Shown: positions 60,696 through 64,000 of the stretch, in pieces
Position numbering within the stretch: the stretch's first letter is position 1
Layout: each line of letters opens with the position of its first letter
Assembly: GCA_964441565.1 (NCBI GenBank)
Contig: CAYTWW010000003.1
Coordinates: 60,037 to 124,036, forward strand
Length of the DNA: 64,000 nucleotides
DNA from: an uncultured Methanosarcinales archaeon
GTDB taxonomy: Archaea > Nanobdellota > Nanobdellia > Woesearchaeales > GW2011-AR15
Reading direction: 5' to 3'
Translations under genes and position numbers: made by a program
Notes under the pieces: generated by a model
What the model was told of the DNA's origin: nothing
Database searches by the model: none
What the model saw: the letters and a program-made list of their open reading frames with translations, nothing else

Positions 60696-62399
60696 TCACA
60701 CCTTCCTTGCAAGTATATAAAATGTGAAGGTCGAACCCCTGCCTGAAGAGCTCTGGAATGATATCTTTCCCCCAAGTCCTTGTACGATGCCTTTGCATAT
60801 GGAAAGCCCGAGTCCAGATCCGCCAGACATGCGAGTGTATGCTGACTCCACCTGATAGAACCGCTGGAACATCTTGTCGTGCTGGGCACGAGGGATGCCT
60901 ATGCCTGTGTCAGAGACCGAGAAGAAGACCTTCTTCCCCTCATTCCAGCACCGCACTGTTATGCTTCCCTTCTTCGTGAATTTTATGGAGTTGCTCACCA
61001 GATTAGAGAGCACCTGGAGGAGCCTCTGCCCATCTGTCCTCAACACAGGGATCCTTCCTTCTATCTGGTACGAGACTTGCAGGCCTTTCTTGTGAGCGAT
61101 GAACTCTGTCATATCGCGGAGATCTGAGATGACCTTCTCCACTGTCACTGCCTCTGTCACGAATTTCATGGTCCCCTGGTCAAGCCTTGCCTGGTCAAGT
61201 ATGTCAGTGATCAGCCGCTCCAGACGCAGGACATCCTCTGAGATGATGTCGAAATATCTTTTCCTGAGCTTCCTGTCCATCATCACAGACTCATCCTTGA
61301 GAAGATTGGTGAAACCAAGTATCGATGTGAGCGGGGTCTTTAGCTCATGCGCTGTGACACTGAGGAACTCATCCTTCCTCCTGTCCATCTCCCTTAGCTT
61401 GCGGACTGTCCCCTGGAGATCCTTCCTCGCATCCAGTAGCTTCCTGTTGCTCTCATCAAAATCCTCCAGTATGTTGAGCATAGATAGCTTCGCCTTCTCA
61501 AGCTCAGCGAGCTTCCTGCCGAGCTCACGTGTCCTCATGATGACCTGCTGCTCCAGCGCATCCTCATGGTCAGCGAGCGCCCTCCTTGAGTCTTCCAGCT
61601 CTCTGGCCATCCTGTTGAAGCTGCTCGCAAGCTTTCTCAGATCATCATCAGCACTTGCGTCCACCCTGACATCGAAGGAACCTGCCCTTATCTTCTCAGC
61701 AGCCTCAGTCATGGAATCGATGGCCATCCCTATCCTCTTCGAGATCAGATGACCTACCACGAATATGGCTGGGACCAGGAGGAGGTAGATGATGCCTATC
61801 GGGAGAAGGAGCGCCCTTAGAGGAGCGAGTGCGACTGTCAAAGGGACTTCAGACACCAGGCATAGATCCCCGATCCGCTCGATATATGTCCAATAGCCTT
61901 CTGAAGGAGAACATCCTTGGCTGGCACCTTCTCCGGACAGTAGCTGTCCATCAAGATAAAGGGATGTGGATATCCCCAATCTTCTGTCGACAAAGATCCT
62001 GTCGAGGGCTTCTGGTGATATCCTCGCCCCCAGAAGGCCTTCCGGTATCACTGACATAAGCAGGATGGCAGGTCTTTGGCCAGACTGGCCAAGATAGACA
62101 CCTGGCGCATCAGGAATCTTCTGCACTTCCACAGGGGTCCCATCTGTGAAAAAGACAGTGTCATGGATGAGGCAACCAAGGTCGCTATCGTTGAGGTGCA
62201 TTTCCCTCAGGATGACGGGGTCGATCGAGATGATGTCCTCGACAAGCCTGCTCCTGAGCCCAGTAAGGGCGATCAGCTGTGCCTTGCTCCTGTCCCTGAT
62301 GGATGTGTACCCCAGGATAAGGAAGGCAAGTGTGGCGAGCAACAGGACAACAAAAGCTGTCGCAGTCATGAAGAAAAGGATCCTGCTTGAGAGCTTCAT
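60696..62399 (-). CDS. Membrane sensor histidine kinase (2 TM, extracellular domain, HAMP, HisKA, HATPase_c)
   Basis: I chose the start at the internal 'MKLSSRILFFMTATAFVVLLL', which overlaps the upstream stop by ATGA. H-box 'SVTAHELKTPLTSI', N-box 'LSNLVSNSIKFT', plus 'DTGIGI' and 'GGSGLGLSICK'. Confidence 0.85.
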   Translation of the reverse strand: MKLSSRILFFMTATAFVVLLLATLAFLILGYTSIRDRSKAQLIALTGLRSRLVEDIISIDPVILREMHLNDSDLGCLIHDTVFFTDGTPVEVQKIPDAPGVYLGQSGQRPAILLMSVIPEGLLGARISPEALDRIFVDRRLGISTSLYLDGQLLSGEGASQGCSPSEGYWTYIERIGDLCLVSEVPLTVALAPLRALLLPIGIIYLLLVPAIFVVGHLISKRIGMAIDSMTEAAEKIRAGSFDVRVDASADDDLRKLASSFNRMARELEDSRRALADHEDALEQQVIMRTRELGRKLAELEKAKLSMLNILEDFDESNRKLLDARKDLQGTVRKLREMDRRKDEFLSVTAHELKTPLTSILGFTNLLKDESVMMDRKLRKRYFDIISEDVLRLERLITDILDQARLDQGTMKFVTEAVTVEKVISDLRDMTEFIAHKKGLQVSYQIEGRIPVLRTDGQRLLQVLSNLVSNSIKFTKKGSITVRCWNEGKKVFFSVSDTGIGIPRAQHDKMFQRFYQVESAYTRMSGGSGLGLSICKGIVQGLGGKISFQSSSGRGSTFTFYILARKV

Positions 62400-63958
62400 C
62401 GTCTCACCAAAGGTATCCTGAAAGTGAACATGGATCCCTTCCCCTCGCCTGCGCTGCTGGCGGACATGGTGCCCCCATGGGCATGGATTATCCTCTTGCA
62501 TATATGGAGACCCAGTCCAGGAGACCTCTCCTTATGGAGGTCGCCAACTTTATAGAATTCATCGAATATCCTCCTGAGGTGGCATCGTCTTAGCCCTATA
62601 CCTGAATCTGAGACAGAGACTACTGCATGACCGCGGGAGATCCTTGCAGCGATATGCACATGCTTCTTACCGGCACCGATATATTTTATGGAGTTGGACA
62701 CAAGGTTCTGCAGGACCTCTGTCAGCCTAATCCTATCTCCCTGCACCTTTATCTCCCCTGGGCAGTCGACTGTCAGCTTGATGTGCTCCTTCCTGAAGAC
62801 CGCGTTGTTGCAATCGACGACAAATGAGATCAGCCCAGAGATATCGAGCACTTCCTTATGTATGACCTCTCCTGCATCCAGCTTCGAGAGCGTCAAGGTC
62901 TCTTTCGCGACGTGGTCCAGGTAACCTACATTCTGAAGGACTATGTCCAGCTTCTGCCGCTGGCTTCCTCTCAGGGATCTCCTTATCGTGGGAAGCAAGA
63001 GTGTCACGGGAGTGAGAGGCGTCCTGATATCATGAGCGATCTGGTTGAGGAACTGAAGCTTCTGGGCATAAATCTTCTGTAGCTTTGTATTCGCATTCCT
63101 GAGCTGCCTTGTCCTCGCCCTGACCTTGTTCTCAAGCTGCTCATTGAACTGCTTCAGGTCCCTCTCAGCTGCCGATAGCTTCCTGTTCGCGCTCAGAAGC
63201 TGCCTCTTCTTGGCCTTGACCAACTCCTCTGCCTGCCTCATCCTCGTCACATCGACACCGACGCTCATCACTCCGACAACCTTCCCCCCGGTGTTGAGGA
63301 TGGTATTTGAGCACCATGAGATCATCTTCTTCCTGCCTGACCTGCATCTGACAGGAGTCTCGTGCAGATCCTCGGATAGGCGGCTTGACATGATCTTCGA
63401 GAACCTTGCCAGGAGCGGCTCGCTCCCCTCTCCCCATATCTTCTCCCATATGCCTGCGCTGCCTATCACCGACATCGCTTCGTAGCCTGATATCCTTCCA
63501 GCGCCCTGGTTCCATAGGATGATGTTATTGCTGCTGTCAGAGAGCATTATCCAAGCGAGGGAGGTGTCTGTCATCTGCCGGTAGAACTCTGCGAGGGAAT
63601 CAGATGCCTTCTTCTCCAGCTCCAGGATCTTCCCCCCTGAGATCTTCCTTATCAGGACCTGGCGATGGCCTCCGCGATTCACCCCTTCCTCACGGAATCT
63701 GGAGTAGGACGCGCCGACACGGTACCTGTATGTGGATGAATACACCTCCGCATTGGTCTCTGAGACATACCTGGCACGATCCTCGGGGTGGATGCCAGCG
63801 AGATATGAGCCTAGCTCTTCTGACGAGAAATCGCGGATCGCATACCCCAGCTTCTCAAGCAGCTCCCTCAAGTCTTCTTCGGACATAGTGCATATGTGCA
63901 TCCTTTCCTGGATATTGCGCATGAGAGATGATTGTCGTCTAGATGCTTGAACTCGCAA
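62396..63958 (-). CDS. Cytoplasmic PAS-domain sensor histidine kinase
   Basis: H-box 'QIAHDIRTPLTPV', 'LQNLVSNSIKY', 'DSGIGL', 'PGLGLHICKR'. Start uncertain: TTG at 63958, or ATG at 63922, 63901 or 63889. Confidence 0.8.
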   Translation of the reverse strand: MRVQASRRQSSLMRNIQERMHICTMSEEDLRELLEKLGYAIRDFSSEELGSYLAGIHPEDRARYVSETNAEVYSSTYRYRVGASYSRFREEGVNRGGHRQVLIRKISGGKILELEKKASDSLAEFYRQMTDTSLAWIMLSDSSNNIILWNQGAGRISGYEAMSVIGSAGIWEKIWGEGSEPLLARFSKIMSSRLSEDLHETPVRCRSGRKKMISWCSNTILNTGGKVVGVMSVGVDVTRMRQAEELVKAKKRQLLSANRKLSAAERDLKQFNEQLENKVRARTRQLRNANTKLQKIYAQKLQFLNQIAHDIRTPLTPVTLLLPTIRRSLRGSQRQKLDIVLQNVGYLDHVAKETLTLSKLDAGEVIHKEVLDISGLISFVVDCNNAVFRKEHIKLTVDCPGEIKVQGDRIRLTEVLQNLVSNSIKYIGAGKKHVHIAARISRGHAVVSVSDSGIGLRRCHLRRIFDEFYKVGDLHKERSPGLGLHICKRIIHAHGGTMSASSAGEGKGSMFTFRIPLVRR

Positions 63959-64000
63959 TCATACATGAGGCCCTTCTGCCATGTTGAGATCATCGCCTTC

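Noticed and set aside
60692-60889. Longest-ORF extensions of the response regulator (to 60889), of the HAMP kinase (to 62501) and of thioredoxin (to 34867)
   Set aside because: Each extension overlaps the 3' end of the upstream gene. In each case the recognisable domain, TM helix or active-site region starts at an internal ATG placed 0-4 nt from the upstream stop.
1-64000. CRISPR arrays, transposases or integrases, prophage genes, rRNA and tRNA genes
   Set aside because: I looked for direct repeats with regular spacing, DDE or tyrosine-recombinase motifs, and tRNA T-loop/anticodon-arm structures in all intergenic regions. I found none. Absence is by eye only and should be confirmed with tRNAscan-SE, Infernal and a CRISPR finder.

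Overview
Gene-dense segment with about 55 supportable CDS (roughly 90% coding). I found no rRNA, tRNA, CRISPR array, transposase or integrase.

It looks archaeal:
- AAAG-TTTAWATA (BRE/TATA-like) boxes lie about 20-30 nt upstream of several ATGs, which suggests leaderless mRNAs.
- Operon-internal genes carry GGAGGTGAT-type Shine-Dalgarno motifs, and many neighbouring genes overlap by ATGA.
- The gene set includes an archaeal-type Ogg, AbrB-PhoU, a KaiC-like ATPase and a MutS2-like ATPase.

Content by block:
1. 1-9.6 kb: secreted and surface proteins, including an 864-aa Ig/FN3 membrane protein preceded by a small ribbon-helix-helix (RHH) protein, plus a cytochrome-b5/ferric-reductase pair.
2. 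9.9-16.2 kb: MscS, two CPA2 antiporters, a ferritin-like protein, Nth and Ogg.
3. 16.4-21.9 kb: AbrB-type regulators, a small Cys-rich secreted peptide, a receptor-like Ser/Thr kinase, an XRE regulator, a 4Fe-4S membrane protein and an acyltransferase.
4. 21.9-30 kb: copper island with an ArsR-type regulator, a duplicated-domain protein, CopA, a PQQ dehydrogenase, cupredoxin-like lipoproteins, an HMA-membrane-cupredoxin fusion and CopZ.
5. 31.7-35.9 kb: VOC protein, thiol-redox cluster (Trx, ferredoxin-thioredoxin reductase (FTR)-like protein, DsbA-like protein, two HTH proteins) and a signal peptidase.
6. 36.2-39.6 kb: CWB2-like/CARDB membrane protein and a MutS2-like ATPase.
7. 39.7-57.3 kb: surface-structure island, the most interesting part.
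8. 57.6-64 kb: AbrB-like/KaiC-like pair and a PAS/histidine-kinase/response-regulator cluster.

The island holds a 4219-aa secreted protein. Its C-terminal ~185 aa are homologous to two stand-alone secreted paralogs encoded in a nearby operon. Two further uncharacterised modules are shared between this island and the 3.4-7.8 kb locus. I propose these as parts of one undescribed archaeal cell-surface assembly or anchoring system.

Caveats:
- All calls rest on by-eye motif and domain recognition; no searches were run.
- Start codons are often uncertain, because the ORF track reports the longest ATG/GTG/TTG ORFs.
- Three genes show an in-frame stop or a missing start. These could be assembly errors rather than biology.
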